Shown here: piece after piece, positions 40,328 to 51,339 of the stretch | Numbering within the stretch: the first letter of the stretch is position 1 | How the letters are laid out: the number at the start of each line of letters is the position of its first letter | Origin: an uncultured virus (IMG/VR IMGVR_UViG_3300044644_001243) | Lineage: Duplodnaviria > Heunggongvirae > Uroviricota > Caudoviricetes | Virus record (IMG/VR): IMGVR_UViG_3300044644_001243 | Span: 1-64,000 of that record | Length of the DNA stretch: 64,000 nucleotides | Direction: 5' to 3' (one strand) | Made by a program: the position numbers and the translations under genes | Notes under the pieces: model-generated | The model's input: the letters and a program-made list of their open reading frames with translations, nothing else | Database searches by the model: none | Told to the model about the DNA's origin: nothing

Positions 40328-41022
40328 TGGATTTTACTTTTGGTATAGTAACTGGCGGAGATAATGATGGTATGTTAAATGACATTATCAATTCAATAGA
40401 AAAAGAAAACATACCTAACTATGAAATAATCATCATAGGTCACTCAACAATCAATAGAAAAAATACAAGGGTTATTGTTTTTAATGAAAACATAAAACCA
40501 ATGTGGATAACAGCAAAAAAAAATCTAATCACACGTGAGGCTAAATATGAAAATGTTGTATATTTTCACGATTACATTAGATTAAATGAAGGTTGGTATG
40601 AAGGTCAATTAATCGCTGGCAATGACTTCAAAATTAGAATGGATAGAATCATTAACTTAAATGGTGAAAGGTTCAGAGATTGGTGTATTTGGCCACATAA
40701 TGATAATAAAATGGATAATTTTATTCAACGAGAATGTTTAATACCTTATGATATTACACATTTATCAAAATATATGTATATTTCTGGTGCTTATTGGATT
40801 GCTAAAAAAGAAGTTATGTTAGAATACCCATTAGATGAAAATTTAATATGGGGACAAGGTGAAGATGTTTTATGGTCAAAACAAGTAAGACTTAAATATG
40901 ACTTTAACATGAATCCAAATTCTAGCGTTCAAATAATCAAACCAAGCAAGGACAAAGTTTTTGACGAAACTAGCAATGATAAAATAGAAATATTAAATGA
41001 TAAAAAATTATGGTTAAATTAA
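40327..41022 (+). CDS. GT2-like glycosyltransferase
   Basis: FTFGIVT, YEIIIIG, WIT.KKN, YFHDY, GEDV.WS. Confidence 0.7.
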   Translation: MDFTFGIVTGGDNDGMLNDIINSIEKENIPNYEIIIIGHSTINRKNTRVIVFNENIKPMWITAKKNLITREAKYENVVYFHDYIRLNEGWYEGQLIAGNDFKIRMDRIINLNGERFRDWCIWPHNDNKMDNFIQRECLIPYDITHLSKYMYISGAYWIAKKEVMLEYPLDENLIWGQGEDVLWSKQVRLKYDFNMNPNSSVQIIKPSKDKVFDETSNDKIEILNDKKLWLN

Positions 41023-42383
41023 TTATATTTGATTTAGATGGTGTTTTAGTTGACGCAAAAGAAATACACTATGAATCTTTAAATAAAGCTATTGAATTAG
41101 TTGACAAAAAATTTATCATCACTAGAGATGAACATTTGAATAAATACGATGGACTACCAACTAACGTTAAGTTAGATTTATTAACAAAGGAAAAAGGTCT
41201 ACCAGAATCTCAACATAAGTATGTTTGGGAAATGAAACAAAAAATGACATCTGACGTGATTAAAGAAACGTTGACTGAATCAATGGAATTAAAAAATGTT
41301 TTAAGAAAACTTAAAACAGATGGGTACAAAGTATACGTTGCTTCAAATTCAATACGAGAATCAATTAAATTGATGTTATATAAAACTGGTCTTATTGAAT
41401 ATGTAGACCATTATTTTGGTAATGAAGATGTTAAAACTTCAAAACCACACCCAGAGATTTATTTAAAAGCTATGGTTCACGCTGGTGTTAAACCAAATGA
41501 AACAATAGTTGTTGAAGATAGTTTCCATGGAAGACAAGCAGCAATTGATTCTGGGGCCTTTTTATGTGCTGTAGAAACACCAAATGATGTCACATATAGT
41601 AAGATATCAAATTTGGTTAAAAACGTTACAGAAGTCTCTAAAATCAATAATAAATGGGAGTCTGATGATTTCAACATCTTAATACCTATGGCTGGTGCTG
41701 GTTCTAGATTTAGTTCTGCTGGTTATACATTCCCTAAACCATTGATTGAAGTTGACCACAAACCAATGATTCAAGTAGTTGTGGAAAACCTTAATATTAA
41801 AGCTAATTTTATTTATATTGTTCAAAAAGAACATTACGAAAAATACAACTTAAAATATTTGTTAAATTTGATTACACCTAATTGTGAAATAGTACAAGTT
41901 GATGGTGTAACTGAAGGTGCTGCATGCACAACGTTATTAGCTAAAGAATTTATTAATAACGATAAACATTTATTAATCGCTAATTCTGACCAATTTGTTG
42001 AATGGGATAGCAATAGCTTTTATTATTCAATGACAAATGACAACTTAGATGGTGGTATGTTAACGTTTAAAGCGACACACCCTAAATGGTCTTTTGCTAA
42101 ATTAGATGAAAATGGTTTCATCACTGAGATTGCCGAAAAGAAACCTATAAGCGACATTGCAACGGTTGGGATTTATTATTGGAATAAAGGTTCAGATTAT
42201 GTTAAATACGCTGAACAAATGATTGAAAAAAATGTTAGAGTTAATAATGAATTTTATGTTGCACCAGTTTACAATGAAGCAATTTTAGATGGGTTTAAAT
42301 TTAAACCATATAATATTAATAAAATGTGGGGTTTAGGAACTCCAGAAGATTTAAAAACTTATTTAGAAAACTTTACATCTTAA
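41010..42383 (+). CDS. HAD phosphatase fused to sugar-phosphate nucleotidyltransferase
   Basis: FDLDGVL, KPHPEIY, VEDS..G; then ILIPMAGAGSRF...PKPLI, EKKPIS, LGTPEDL. Confidence 0.9.
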   Translation: MVKLIIFDLDGVLVDAKEIHYESLNKAIELVDKKFIITRDEHLNKYDGLPTNVKLDLLTKEKGLPESQHKYVWEMKQKMTSDVIKETLTESMELKNVLRKLKTDGYKVYVASNSIRESIKLMLYKTGLIEYVDHYFGNEDVKTSKPHPEIYLKAMVHAGVKPNETIVVEDSFHGRQAAIDSGAFLCAVETPNDVTYSKISNLVKNVTEVSKINNKWESDDFNILIPMAGAGSRFSSAGYTFPKPLIEVDHKPMIQVVVENLNIKANFIYIVQKEHYEKYNLKYLLNLITPNCEIVQVDGVTEGAACTTLLAKEFINNDKHLLIANSDQFVEWDSNSFYYSMTNDNLDGGMLTFKATHPKWSFAKLDENGFITEIAEKKPISDIATVGIYYWNKGSDYVKYAEQMIEKNVRVNNEFYVAPVYNEAILDGFKFKPYNINKMWGLGTPEDLKTYLENFTS

Positions 42384-42384
42384 C

Positions 42385-43272
42385 ATGAATATAGTAATTC
42401 CAACATATAATAAACATTATAATTACAATGTTAATTTTTTAAATTCGTTTAATGAATTTTGTTTAGATAAAAATAAAGTTACCATTAATTTTATTGTTGC
42501 TTCTAATGAACTAGATTTATTTAGTGGGTTGGTTAATCAATACAGACATTTAAATGTTAGAATAGTAACTCTAAAAGAATTAATGTTTAATGTTGATGGT
42601 GAGTACTACAATGACGACCAAAGTTTCTTCAATACAAAATACCCATTACAGTCAATTAAAAAATTATTTGCATACACATGTGTTGACACTGACTATATAG
42701 TGTTTGATAGCGAAAACTTATGTTTAAAAGAATTTTATTTTGAAGACATTTTTAATGATTTAAAAAATAAACCAATAATATATTCTGATAAAATACATTA
42801 TGATTTACAACGAAATGTTACATCAACATGCAACGATATTTTTGATTTAACTGAAAACAATAAATGGTTCTTTTTAAAAAGTTATTGGTTTTTTGAACGT
42901 AATCATGTTGAAAGTTTAATAACTTTTTTAAAACAAAAGTATTCAAAAAATATAACATTATTTCTAAATAATAAAATATTTTTTGAGTATCAATTATATT
43001 GTACTTTTTTGTTAATTAATAATTTAAAAGAATTTGTAAATATTGATACTTTGATTGATAAAGAAATTAAATTTAGCGAGTTACTTGATAAAGAAAACCA
43101 CAATTATGAATACATAATAACAACCATAAATTCTGACAATGTTTTAAACTATATTAATATTTTACATGAATTAAATGAAAAAATAATTAGATTACATTGG
43201 ACAAGTGAAGAAATTAAAAATAATATAATAACTAACTCAAATGTTTGTATCGGTACATTTCATTGGGACTAA
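42385..43272 (+). CDS. putative GT-A-fold glycosyltransferase
   Basis: IVIPTY start, Q.IKKL, YIVFDSE, FFEYQLY. Confidence 0.55.
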   Translation: MNIVIPTYNKHYNYNVNFLNSFNEFCLDKNKVTINFIVASNELDLFSGLVNQYRHLNVRIVTLKELMFNVDGEYYNDDQSFFNTKYPLQSIKKLFAYTCVDTDYIVFDSENLCLKEFYFEDIFNDLKNKPIIYSDKIHYDLQRNVTSTCNDIFDLTENNKWFFLKSYWFFERNHVESLITFLKQKYSKNITLFLNNKIFFEYQLYCTFLLINNLKEFVNIDTLIDKEIKFSELLDKENHNYEYIITTINSDNVLNYINILHELNEKIIRLHWTSEEIKNNIITNSNVCIGTFHWD

Positions 43273-43286
43273 ATAAAAATAAAAAC

Positions 43287-43994
43287 ATGAATAAAATAGA
43301 ATTTATTAAAGAAAATTTTAAAGATTACTACATTGATAAAGGACCAGAAAATGGTATCCTTCAAGGTACAAAATATGCTGGATGTGCAACACATTGTAGA
43401 GCATGTTTAAACACATTAGTAAGAATGGTAAAACCTAATAGCATATTAGAAATTGGTTCATACCATTACGATAGTACTATATCGATGTCTAACGGTATGG
43501 ATACGTATTTAACCCCAAATGAAGGTATAATACATACTTTTGATATCAAAAAAGGTGGATATGATGGTATGGGTGTAACTACACATTTACCTAGCCGAAT
43601 CAAACCAATGTACTGGTATCCATATAAGACTGATTATGACGAATGGAAATTGACAGATGAAGGTATTGTTTTTAAAGATTTTTTAAACCACACCAACGAA
43701 GAATTGTTTGAAATGAACCATAATATCTTAGAAAGTATAGCACCAGAAGGTGGTTACGATTTAATCTTTATTGATGGCGACCATTCATATGAAGGTGCTA
43801 AAAAAGACTGGGAACATGCATTAAAGTTTTCACATAAAGAAACGTTAATTGTTATTGATAATATTTGGGATATTAGATTAAAAGAAGTTAGACGTTTTTA
43901 TGATGATATGACAACAAACAAATGGGATTTTGAAGAATGGAACGATGCTAACAGAACCATGGTTCAAGATACTGGTGTTTTATTAACTTATTAA
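43287..43994 (+). CDS. class I SAM-dependent methyltransferase (Methyltransf_24-like)
   Basis: ILEIGS, YDLIFIDGDHSYEG..KD, VIDN; ATG at 43287. Confidence 0.85.
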   Translation: MNKIEFIKENFKDYYIDKGPENGILQGTKYAGCATHCRACLNTLVRMVKPNSILEIGSYHYDSTISMSNGMDTYLTPNEGIIHTFDIKKGGYDGMGVTTHLPSRIKPMYWYPYKTDYDEWKLTDEGIVFKDFLNHTNEELFEMNHNILESIAPEGGYDLIFIDGDHSYEGAKKDWEHALKFSHKETLIVIDNIWDIRLKEVRRFYDDMTTNKWDFEEWNDANRTMVQDTGVLLTY

Positions 43995-43995
43995 A

Positions 43996-44316
43996 ATGAC
44001 AATAACAAATTTAAACGAATTTTTTAAAGGTTGGTTTGTTGGTAATTTTGAACCAACATTAAACACAACTGAAGATTTTGAAGTTGCTGTTAAAAGATAC
44101 AAAACTGGTGATTATGAAGAAAAACACCACCATAAAATAGCAACTGAAATCACTGTAATTGTTGAAGGTGAAGTTGAAATGAATGGAGTAAAATATGTAA
44201 AAGATGATATTATAACCATTCAACCAAATGAATCCACCGATTTCAAATGTATAACTGATGTTGTTACAGTTGTTGTTAAAACTCCATCAGCAAATAATGA
44301 TAAATATATAAATTAA
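43996..44316 (+). CDS. cupin-fold protein
   Basis: KGWFVGNFEP, H.HKIATEIT.IV.G cupin metal motif. Confidence 0.8.
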   Translation: MTITNLNEFFKGWFVGNFEPTLNTTEDFEVAVKRYKTGDYEEKHHHKIATEITVIVEGEVEMNGVKYVKDDIITIQPNESTDFKCITDVVTVVVKTPSANNDKYIN

Positions 44317-44319
44317 AAT

Positions 44320-44964
44320 ATGAGAACAAAAGAAGAAATATTAGATTTCGTATTAAACGCTGGTTCAGACAGCGTAGAAGTATTTGGAGGGAACTTCAAA
44401 GGAGGTTATGAATTACAACAATGTCCAGAAGAAATAACAGAGTTTTTAAACACTTATCAAAACTCTGAAATTAATAATTTCCTAGAAATAGGTGTTGCTG
44501 CTGGTGGGAACACTAGAATCTTTACTGACTTTTTAAAAATTAAAGATGTTTATGTAATGGATTTAAATGTACATCCATCGATTAGTTATGATGGCAACCC
44601 TAACGCTAGAGATAATAATTTTAATCATTTAAAGAACTCTGGTGAATTAAAAAGTTTTTTTGGTGATAGTCATTCAGAAGAAGCAAGAAAGTGGTTAGAA
44701 AGCTTAAATATTAAATTCCAAATGGTTTTTATTGATGGTGACCATACAGAACATGGGATTAAATTAGATACTGAATTAGTATTACCTTTTTTAGATGATA
44801 ACGCTTATGTAATTTACCATGACACAGTTGTTAATGTTGGTTCAGATGAATTTGATAGAAAATTAAAAAATGGGTTAATTACTGAATTAAAACATGAAAA
44901 AGACTTTATTAGCGAAACAATTTATAAAAAAGGAATTTCTGTATATCGTTATGTTAAAGGATAA
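44320..44964 (+). CDS. class I SAM-dependent methyltransferase (Methyltransf_24-like)
   Basis: LQQ.P.E, FLEIGVAAGG, FIDGDHT, YHD. Confidence 0.85.
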   Translation: MRTKEEILDFVLNAGSDSVEVFGGNFKGGYELQQCPEEITEFLNTYQNSEINNFLEIGVAAGGNTRIFTDFLKIKDVYVMDLNVHPSISYDGNPNARDNNFNHLKNSGELKSFFGDSHSEEARKWLESLNIKFQMVFIDGDHTEHGIKLDTELVLPFLDDNAYVIYHDTVVNVGSDEFDRKLKNGLITELKHEKDFISETIYKKGISVYRYVKG

Positions 44965-45607
44965 GATAATAGTATTTGTTCATGTTGCAACTATTGGTAA
45001 CTACCAAGAAGTTGTCAATGAAATATTTGAGTCATTAACAAAAACAAATTTAATTAACACAGCAGATTCTATAAATGTATGTGTTGTAGGTAATGGTGAA
45101 TTAAACATCCCAACAAATTGGAATCTAAAAATTAACCAAATATCGGATATTAATATTGGTGAGTTCTATACGTTGAAACAAATAGAAACACATTGTAAAA
45201 ACACAATAACTAATGATAAAATTTTATATGTTCATACAAAAGGTGTTACATGGCCTAATAATGAATGTATAATTGATTGGCGTAAGTACATGTTATACTT
45301 TAATGTTGAGCAGCATGAACAAGCGGTAAAAGAATTAGAAAATTATGACACATATGGTGTTGATTTAGTTACAGAACCAACAAAACATTATTCTGGTAAT
45401 TTCTGGTGGGCTAACTCAAACCATATTAAAAAACTACCATTAATTGATGAAATTTCAAAAGCAGATGCTAAAGCAATTTTAACAATTAGACATAATGCTG
45501 AATTTTGGTTAATGATGGTTGACGGTGAGAACAAATCAGCACACAACTCAAACATAAACGTCTATGAAAGACATTTACATAGATATGAAGAAAAAAATTA
45601 TTTATAA
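44951..45607 (+). CDS. putative glycosyltransferase-like protein
   Basis: E..TL, ILYVHTKG, WRKYM.YF, HYSGNFWWA, R..AEFW; ATG at 44951. Confidence 0.55.
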   Translation: MLKDKIIVFVHVATIGNYQEVVNEIFESLTKTNLINTADSINVCVVGNGELNIPTNWNLKINQISDINIGEFYTLKQIETHCKNTITNDKILYVHTKGVTWPNNECIIDWRKYMLYFNVEQHEQAVKELENYDTYGVDLVTEPTKHYSGNFWWANSNHIKKLPLIDEISKADAKAILTIRHNAEFWLMMVDGENKSAHNSNINVYERHLHRYEEKNYL

Positions 45608-46299
45608 TGTTTGTTATACCATGCAAATATAATCCAAATTTTCCTTTTATTATTCAATTAGTTAAAGATATTAGAACCTATCATCCAACTGAAAAGATAG
45701 TTGTTGTTGATAGTGATTCAAACGATAAATCATATTTTGAAATATTAAAAGAATATGATGTTATAATTGAAGACGTAAATAATAATAATTGGATGGTAGG
45801 TGCTTATTGGCATGCTTACAACAAATACCCTAATGAAGAATTTTATTTCTTCTTGCATGATTCAATGAGAGTTAAAGCTAATTTAGATTATCTTAAAGAA
45901 CGTGATTTAGTAACTTTAATGAATTTTGACAGAGTGTTAGGTAATTTTAATACATGGGGTGAAAGAATAACATTAGAATCTGAGTATAATTATCTTAATG
46001 AAGGTAGCGGTTGTTATGGTCCTATTTTTTTCTGTAAAAATAAAGTAATGAAAAGAATGCTAGAAATGGGGGCTAATAAATTTTTACCAAATAATAAAGC
46101 AGAAACTGGTTATTGTGAAGGTTGTTATGGTTTCTTTTTTGAAGAACAAGGCTATGATTTAACACAATGCTCTTTATTTGGTGATGTACTTTTTAACGAA
46201 AGCCCTAGTGGAAAATCTGGGTTACCACCACACAAAACAGATTGGCAATTTCCAGTAGAAAAATTTTATGCTTCACATGTTGACAAAAACAGATTATAA
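45607..46299 (+). CDS. putative GT-A glycosyltransferase
   Basis: FVIP, IVVVDSDS, FFLHDSM. Confidence 0.55.
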   Translation: MFVIPCKYNPNFPFIIQLVKDIRTYHPTEKIVVVDSDSNDKSYFEILKEYDVIIEDVNNNNWMVGAYWHAYNKYPNEEFYFFLHDSMRVKANLDYLKERDLVTLMNFDRVLGNFNTWGERITLESEYNYLNEGSGCYGPIFFCKNKVMKRMLEMGANKFLPNNKAETGYCEGCYGFFFEEQGYDLTQCSLFGDVLFNESPSGKSGLPPHKTDWQFPVEKFYASHVDKNRL

Positions 46300-46315
46300 T
46301 TAAAAAAATAAAATT

Positions 46316-46675
46316 ATGAATAGACCAAAAACAATTTTTTTAGACATTGACGGAACACTCATTGAGCATTCCGAAAACATTGCAGAGCAATTTACTAAAA
46401 CACCTAGACTTTTAGATGGTACTTTAGAAAAGTTATCCGAATGGGATAGAAAAGGTTATAACATTATTTTAACAACTGGAAGACGTGAAGGTGTTAGAGA
46501 TATAACCGTTAAACAATTAGCTGAGTTAGGTATCTTTTATGACCAATTGATAATGGGTCTAGGAGGTGGAATTAGAGTCGTTGTCAATGATAGAAAAAAA
46601 GACAAAGAATATGACACAGCAATAGCCATAAACCTTAAAAGAAATGAAGGTATTAATTCAATAAAAGATTTATAA
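46316..46675 (+). CDS. minimal HAD phosphatase (capsule-biosynthesis BcbF/EcbF-like)
   Basis: FLDIDGTL, ILTTGR, YDQLIMG, VVNDR. Confidence 0.8.
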   Translation: MNRPKTIFLDIDGTLIEHSENIAEQFTKTPRLLDGTLEKLSEWDRKGYNIILTTGRREGVRDITVKQLAELGIFYDQLIMGLGGGIRVVVNDRKKDKEYDTAIAINLKRNEGINSIKDL

Positions 46676-46676
46676 T

Positions 46677-47030
46677 ATGAAAAAAGAAGTTACAAAAGTT
46701 GATAAACCATGGGGATGGGAAAAATGGATTGAAGTTAATGAAAATTACGTAGTTAAAGAATTATTCATGACAGCTGGAAATAGTTGCAGCTTACAGTACC
46801 ATGAAAAAAAACATGAATCTTTTTATGTTTTAAAAGGTCAAATTAAATTTGAAATTGGCCCAGACAAAGACACCTTAACTGAAATGATTTTAAATGAAGG
46901 TGAGTATTACACAATTGAACCATTTGTAGTTCATAGAATGTCGGCAATCGTTGACAGTTTGTATTTAGAAAGTTCTACAAATTTTCTAGATGACGTTATT
47001 AGAATAGAAGATAAATATGGTCGAGTATAA
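46677..47030 (+). CDS. cupin, mannose-6-phosphate isomerase type II C-terminal-like
   Basis: KPWGWE, SLQYHEKKHE, VHR, DDVIRIEDKYGR. Confidence 0.85.
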   Translation: MKKEVTKVDKPWGWEKWIEVNENYVVKELFMTAGNSCSLQYHEKKHESFYVLKGQIKFEIGPDKDTLTEMILNEGEYYTIEPFVVHRMSAIVDSLYLESSTNFLDDVIRIEDKYGRV

Positions 47031-48567
47031 AGTTTTAATAACCACTAGTGGTGTTGGTTCTAGATTAGGTGATTTAACTAAATACACTAATAAATGTTTA
47101 GTTAGAGTTGGTAAAAAACCAGCGATATCATATATCGTAGAAGCATACCCTAAAGAAGTTGAATTAGTTGTAACTGTTGGTTATTTTGGAGAACAAGTTA
47201 AAGATTTTTTAACACTAGCTTATCCAGAAAGAAAAATTACATTTATCGAAGTTGATAAATATGAAGGTGAAGGTTCATCTCTTGGTTACTCAATGTTAAA
47301 AGCTAAAAATGAATTACAATGTCCATTTATATTTCATGCAGCAGATACTATAATAACTGAAGAAATTAAAGAACCAACAGAAAACTGGTTGGCTTGTCAA
47401 TTCAAAGAAAACAATTCACAATATAGAACTTTATCTTTTATTCCTAATAGAATGATAAATGACAAAGGAGATTTAACCTCTAAATTTGCTTATATTGGAC
47501 TTGCTGGTATAAAAGATTATAAATTGTTTTGGGATTCATTACAAGAGGAATATGAAGCAGATACTAGCGATACAACATTAAGCGATTGTCACGCAATCAA
47601 TCGAATGAATATTAAATGGGAAACAAAAGAATATTTCAATTGGTTAGACATAGGTAATGTATTTGAATTAAAACACGCTAGAGAAGTTATATACGACAAA
47701 TTTGAATTGTTAGATAAAGTAGATGAATCAATCTTTTTATTTAATGATTTCGTTATTAAATTTTTCTATAATAAAACAGTTTGTGCTAACAGAGTTGAAC
47801 GATGTAAACAACTATCTGGGTTAACACCTAAATTGATTGACAGTAAAGATAATTTTTACAAATACGAATATGCTGCTGGTGATTTATTAGCAACGTCAGT
47901 AAATGAAATTATTTTTGAAGATTTTTTAGATTGGAGTAAAAACAACCTATGGGTTAAACATGGTCAGTCTGAAGACTTTAAAGAAATAACTAAAAAGTTT
48001 TATTTTGATAAAACTTATGAACGATTACAAAAATTATTTAATGATAATAAAATAAGTGATGAAGAGATTACCATCAATGGTATGGTAGTACCACCAGTTA
48101 TTGATATGATAAAAGAAATAAATGAAAACTGGTTATGTTCAGACACTTATTATCAATTTCATGGTGATTACATTTTAGATAATATTATTTATAAAGGTAA
48201 TCGTGAATTTGTGTTATTAGATTGGAGACAAGACTTTGGAGGTGATTTAAAAAATGGTGACATCTATTATGATTTAGCTAAATTAAATCACAATTTATTA
48301 TTCAATCACGATATTGTCCATCAAGAATTATTCTCAGTTAAAAAATCATCAAACGGTATTAAATGCGATATTTTAAGAAGTGATATTTTAACTAATTGTA
48401 GAGAAAAGTTACATAAGTGGATTTTTGACAATGGGTTAGATTTAAAAAAGGTTCAAACACTGACAGCAATCATATGGTTAAACATGTCGCCATTACATGA
48501 TTACAAGATGGGTGAGTTTTTATATTATTTTGGTCGCTTTAATCTTTACAAAGTGTTTTATAAATAA
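47017..48567 (+). CDS. nucleotidyltransferase fused to an APH/choline-kinase-like phosphotransferase
   Basis: LITTSGVGSRL..LT...NKCL, WLDIG; then FHGDYILDNI, LLDWRQ.F, YDLAKL. Confidence 0.85.
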   Translation: MVEYKVLITTSGVGSRLGDLTKYTNKCLVRVGKKPAISYIVEAYPKEVELVVTVGYFGEQVKDFLTLAYPERKITFIEVDKYEGEGSSLGYSMLKAKNELQCPFIFHAADTIITEEIKEPTENWLACQFKENNSQYRTLSFIPNRMINDKGDLTSKFAYIGLAGIKDYKLFWDSLQEEYEADTSDTTLSDCHAINRMNIKWETKEYFNWLDIGNVFELKHAREVIYDKFELLDKVDESIFLFNDFVIKFFYNKTVCANRVERCKQLSGLTPKLIDSKDNFYKYEYAAGDLLATSVNEIIFEDFLDWSKNNLWVKHGQSEDFKEITKKFYFDKTYERLQKLFNDNKISDEEITINGMVVPPVIDMIKEINENWLCSDTYYQFHGDYILDNIIYKGNREFVLLDWRQDFGGDLKNGDIYYDLAKLNHNLLFNHDIVHQELFSVKKSSNGIKCDILRSDILTNCREKLHKWIFDNGLDLKKVQTLTAIIWLNMSPLHDYKMGEFLYYFGRFNLYKVFYK

Positions 48568-48579
48568 TATATTTGGTGT

Positions 48580-49578
48580 ATGAAACCAAAAATATTTATA
48601 GGACCGATGAGTAAAAATATTGTTGACGCAATTATTAATTACTCAAATGAAAATAACGTTGAAATTGGATTAATACCATCTAGAAGACAAGTAGAGTTTA
48701 ATGGTGGTTATGTTAACAATTGGACAACTAAAGACTTCTGCGAATACGTAAGAAGCAAATCTAATAAAATCTTATTAGTAAGAGACCATTCTGGTCCATC
48801 ACAAGGATATAGTGAAGATGACGGTATGGATTCTTTTATTGAAGATTGCAAATATTTCGACATTATACATGTTGATGTTTGGAAAAAACATAAAGAATAC
48901 CGTGATGGGTTATTAGCCACAGTTGAATTTATTTTAAAAGGTTATAGATTAAATCCAAACATGTTATTTGAGGTTGGAACTGAAGAAGCAATCAGACCAA
49001 CAAATGAAGTAGAATTAAACAATCTTTTAGAAGACTTAAAAGAATTACTACCATTAGACATATATGGTCAAATTAAATACGCTGTAATCCAATCTGGAAC
49101 AGCATTAAAAGGTAACACAAATATTGGTAGTTTCAATCAAGATAGATTAATTGAAATGGTTAAAGTTGCCAAAAATCATGGCATGATTTCAAAAGAACAT
49201 AATGGTGATTACCTAACAAATGAATTAGTTAAATCGAAATTTAATAATGGGTTAAACTGTATCAATATTGCCCCAGAATTTGGACAAATAGAAACAAAAA
49301 TTATTTTAAACATAATTAAAACTAATCATATAGAATTACTAGATGAATTTTATGAGATTTGTTATGAATCAAAAAGATGGGTAAAATGGGTTGACTCTGA
49401 TTTTATACCAGAAGATAACAAAGAAGAAATCATAAACATAAGTGGTCATTATGTTTTCTCTGAACCTAGATTTATTGAACTTAAAAATAAATTGAATTAT
49501 AACAATTTAGATTCTGAAGTGCAACAAGCAATATACAACAGAATTGATGAATTAATTAAAACTATAAATGAAATCTAA
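48580..49578 (+). CDS. GatZ/KbaZ-like TIM-barrel protein (tagatose-6-phosphate 4-epimerase-like)
   Basis: GPMS, SRRQV...GGY...T...F, RDH.GP, IHVD, FEVGTE, KEHN.DY, NIAPE. Confidence 0.7.
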   Translation: MKPKIFIGPMSKNIVDAIINYSNENNVEIGLIPSRRQVEFNGGYVNNWTTKDFCEYVRSKSNKILLVRDHSGPSQGYSEDDGMDSFIEDCKYFDIIHVDVWKKHKEYRDGLLATVEFILKGYRLNPNMLFEVGTEEAIRPTNEVELNNLLEDLKELLPLDIYGQIKYAVIQSGTALKGNTNIGSFNQDRLIEMVKVAKNHGMISKEHNGDYLTNELVKSKFNNGLNCINIAPEFGQIETKIILNIIKTNHIELLDEFYEICYESKRWVKWVDSDFIPEDNKEEIINISGHYVFSEPRFIELKNKLNYNNLDSEVQQAIYNRIDELIKTINEI

Positions 49579-50359
49579 AACAGCGTTTATAATATTTGCT
49601 CACTCAACAACACACACGATTGAAGATGTTGATGATATGATAGATAACATATCTTATTTCCATGATAATTGTGATTTCATGATTAATCACCCAACATTAG
49701 ACCACCCTAAAATTAGAATGCGTCATATGCTTGGTCCTTTAAATCATTCTAACTTTATTTTTGGTGCGTTGATTGATTTAATTAGAAATATAAGTGAAGA
49801 TGAAATAAATAGTTTTGAACACTTCTGTTTAGTTTCAGCTAACCAATACTTTATAAATGGAATTAACTTTGAAAAAGGTGTTAATTATGCACAATTTTTA
49901 AATACTGAAGATTGGGTTTCATCATATAACGGAAAAGACTCAGACAAAACTATTGTAGGGTTTCCATTACAGCAACCATATGGTCGTTGGGACCCTAAAA
50001 ATTTATATCTTGAATATAATATAGAATTACCTATGAGTGCTAATTGGGAATGTATGACAGTAACAAAAGAAGTTATGTTATTGGCTAAGCAGCATTTAGA
50101 CAAATGTTTAGAATATTACCCTAATGATGATATGATAAATATTTTTCTACCTTATATGATTTTACTTAGCGGACAACAATGGGAGTTTCCACCTTACTTT
50201 GGTACTTACGACCCATCAAATAAACCTAATTATAATTGGGTAATTACAATAAATCAAATTGTTGAAAAATTCAATCAAGGTTATTTCTCTGTTAAAAGAG
50301 TTAATTACCATAAAAATTGTGAATTAAAACAATTCATTAGACAAAATTATATGAAATGA
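49568..50359 (+). CDS. hypothetical protein (possible glycosyltransferase)
   Basis: ORF coupled within the glycosylation operon. Confidence 0.6.
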   Translation: MKSKTAFIIFAHSTTHTIEDVDDMIDNISYFHDNCDFMINHPTLDHPKIRMRHMLGPLNHSNFIFGALIDLIRNISEDEINSFEHFCLVSANQYFINGINFEKGVNYAQFLNTEDWVSSYNGKDSDKTIVGFPLQQPYGRWDPKNLYLEYNIELPMSANWECMTVTKEVMLLAKQHLDKCLEYYPNDDMINIFLPYMILLSGQQWEFPPYFGTYDPSNKPNYNWVITINQIVEKFNQGYFSVKRVNYHKNCELKQFIRQNYMK

Positions 50360-51339
50360 AAACAATAACTATAAATTATTTATCACACAATAGATTAGAT
50401 TACTCAAATTTAATGTTCTATTTTTTATCTAAAATAAAACCAGAAAATAAACTAAAATTAAAATTAAATGTTTTAGCAACCCATGACAATGATTGGGTTA
50501 ATAAATGTGATAGTTTAGGTATTGAATATACAATACATGTAATTAACGGACATCATAATTACTTAAATAAAATAAGAATTGCTATTTCAACTGATACTGA
50601 ATATTCAGTTAAATTAGATGAAGATTGTTTTATTAACAATTATGTTTGGGATTACCTAATTGAAAATGTTGATATGTTAAACAATGATGAAGTATTAACT
50701 TTATCACCAACTATGTCTAATAATATTCCATCATGTGATTTTTTTATTAATGATTTTATTGATGATTTATCAGTTAGAGATATTGTTTATAAACATTTTT
50801 TAAACAGACCAATGCCAAATGGTTTATGGAATGTAGACTACACACCTTTGAATCAGTTTACAATAAACGCTACTGAATGGGATTATAATAAGTTTTACGA
50901 AGGTTTAAATTCATTAAACACTATTACAAAAGGTATTCACCCACTTAGGATTTCATATGAAGCTCAGATGGAAATTAATAACTATATTTTAAAAAATATT
51001 GATAAATTCACTTCCGATAATAATTATGAATTATTTGAAATCCATTCACCATATTTCACTAATAGTATGTTTTTTATAAAAACATCTGAATGGGTTAATA
51101 TATTATCACAACCAACAGTGGACGCATACGATGAAATAGCGTTAAATAAATACAAAAGGGATAACAATAAAAAGTTTTTATTTGTTAAAAATGGATTTGG
51201 TATTCACCCTATGTTTAATACTGTTTATGCTAATCAAAACCCATGGGCTATTGGTGGTGAAAATGGTGAACAAGATGAAATTAATTTTTATAACAATTTA
51301 AGTAAAAACATTATGAATTATGATACATTGTATAGGTGA
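50356..51339 (+). CDS. putative GT-A glycosyltransferase
   Basis: YSVKLDEDCF DxD-like motif; operon context. Confidence 0.55.
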   Translation: MKTITINYLSHNRLDYSNLMFYFLSKIKPENKLKLKLNVLATHDNDWVNKCDSLGIEYTIHVINGHHNYLNKIRIAISTDTEYSVKLDEDCFINNYVWDYLIENVDMLNNDEVLTLSPTMSNNIPSCDFFINDFIDDLSVRDIVYKHFLNRPMPNGLWNVDYTPLNQFTINATEWDYNKFYEGLNSLNTITKGIHPLRISYEAQMEINNYILKNIDKFTSDNNYELFEIHSPYFTNSMFFIKTSEWVNILSQPTVDAYDEIALNKYKRDNNKKFLFVKNGFGIHPMFNTVYANQNPWAIGGENGEQDEINFYNNLSKNIMNYDTLYR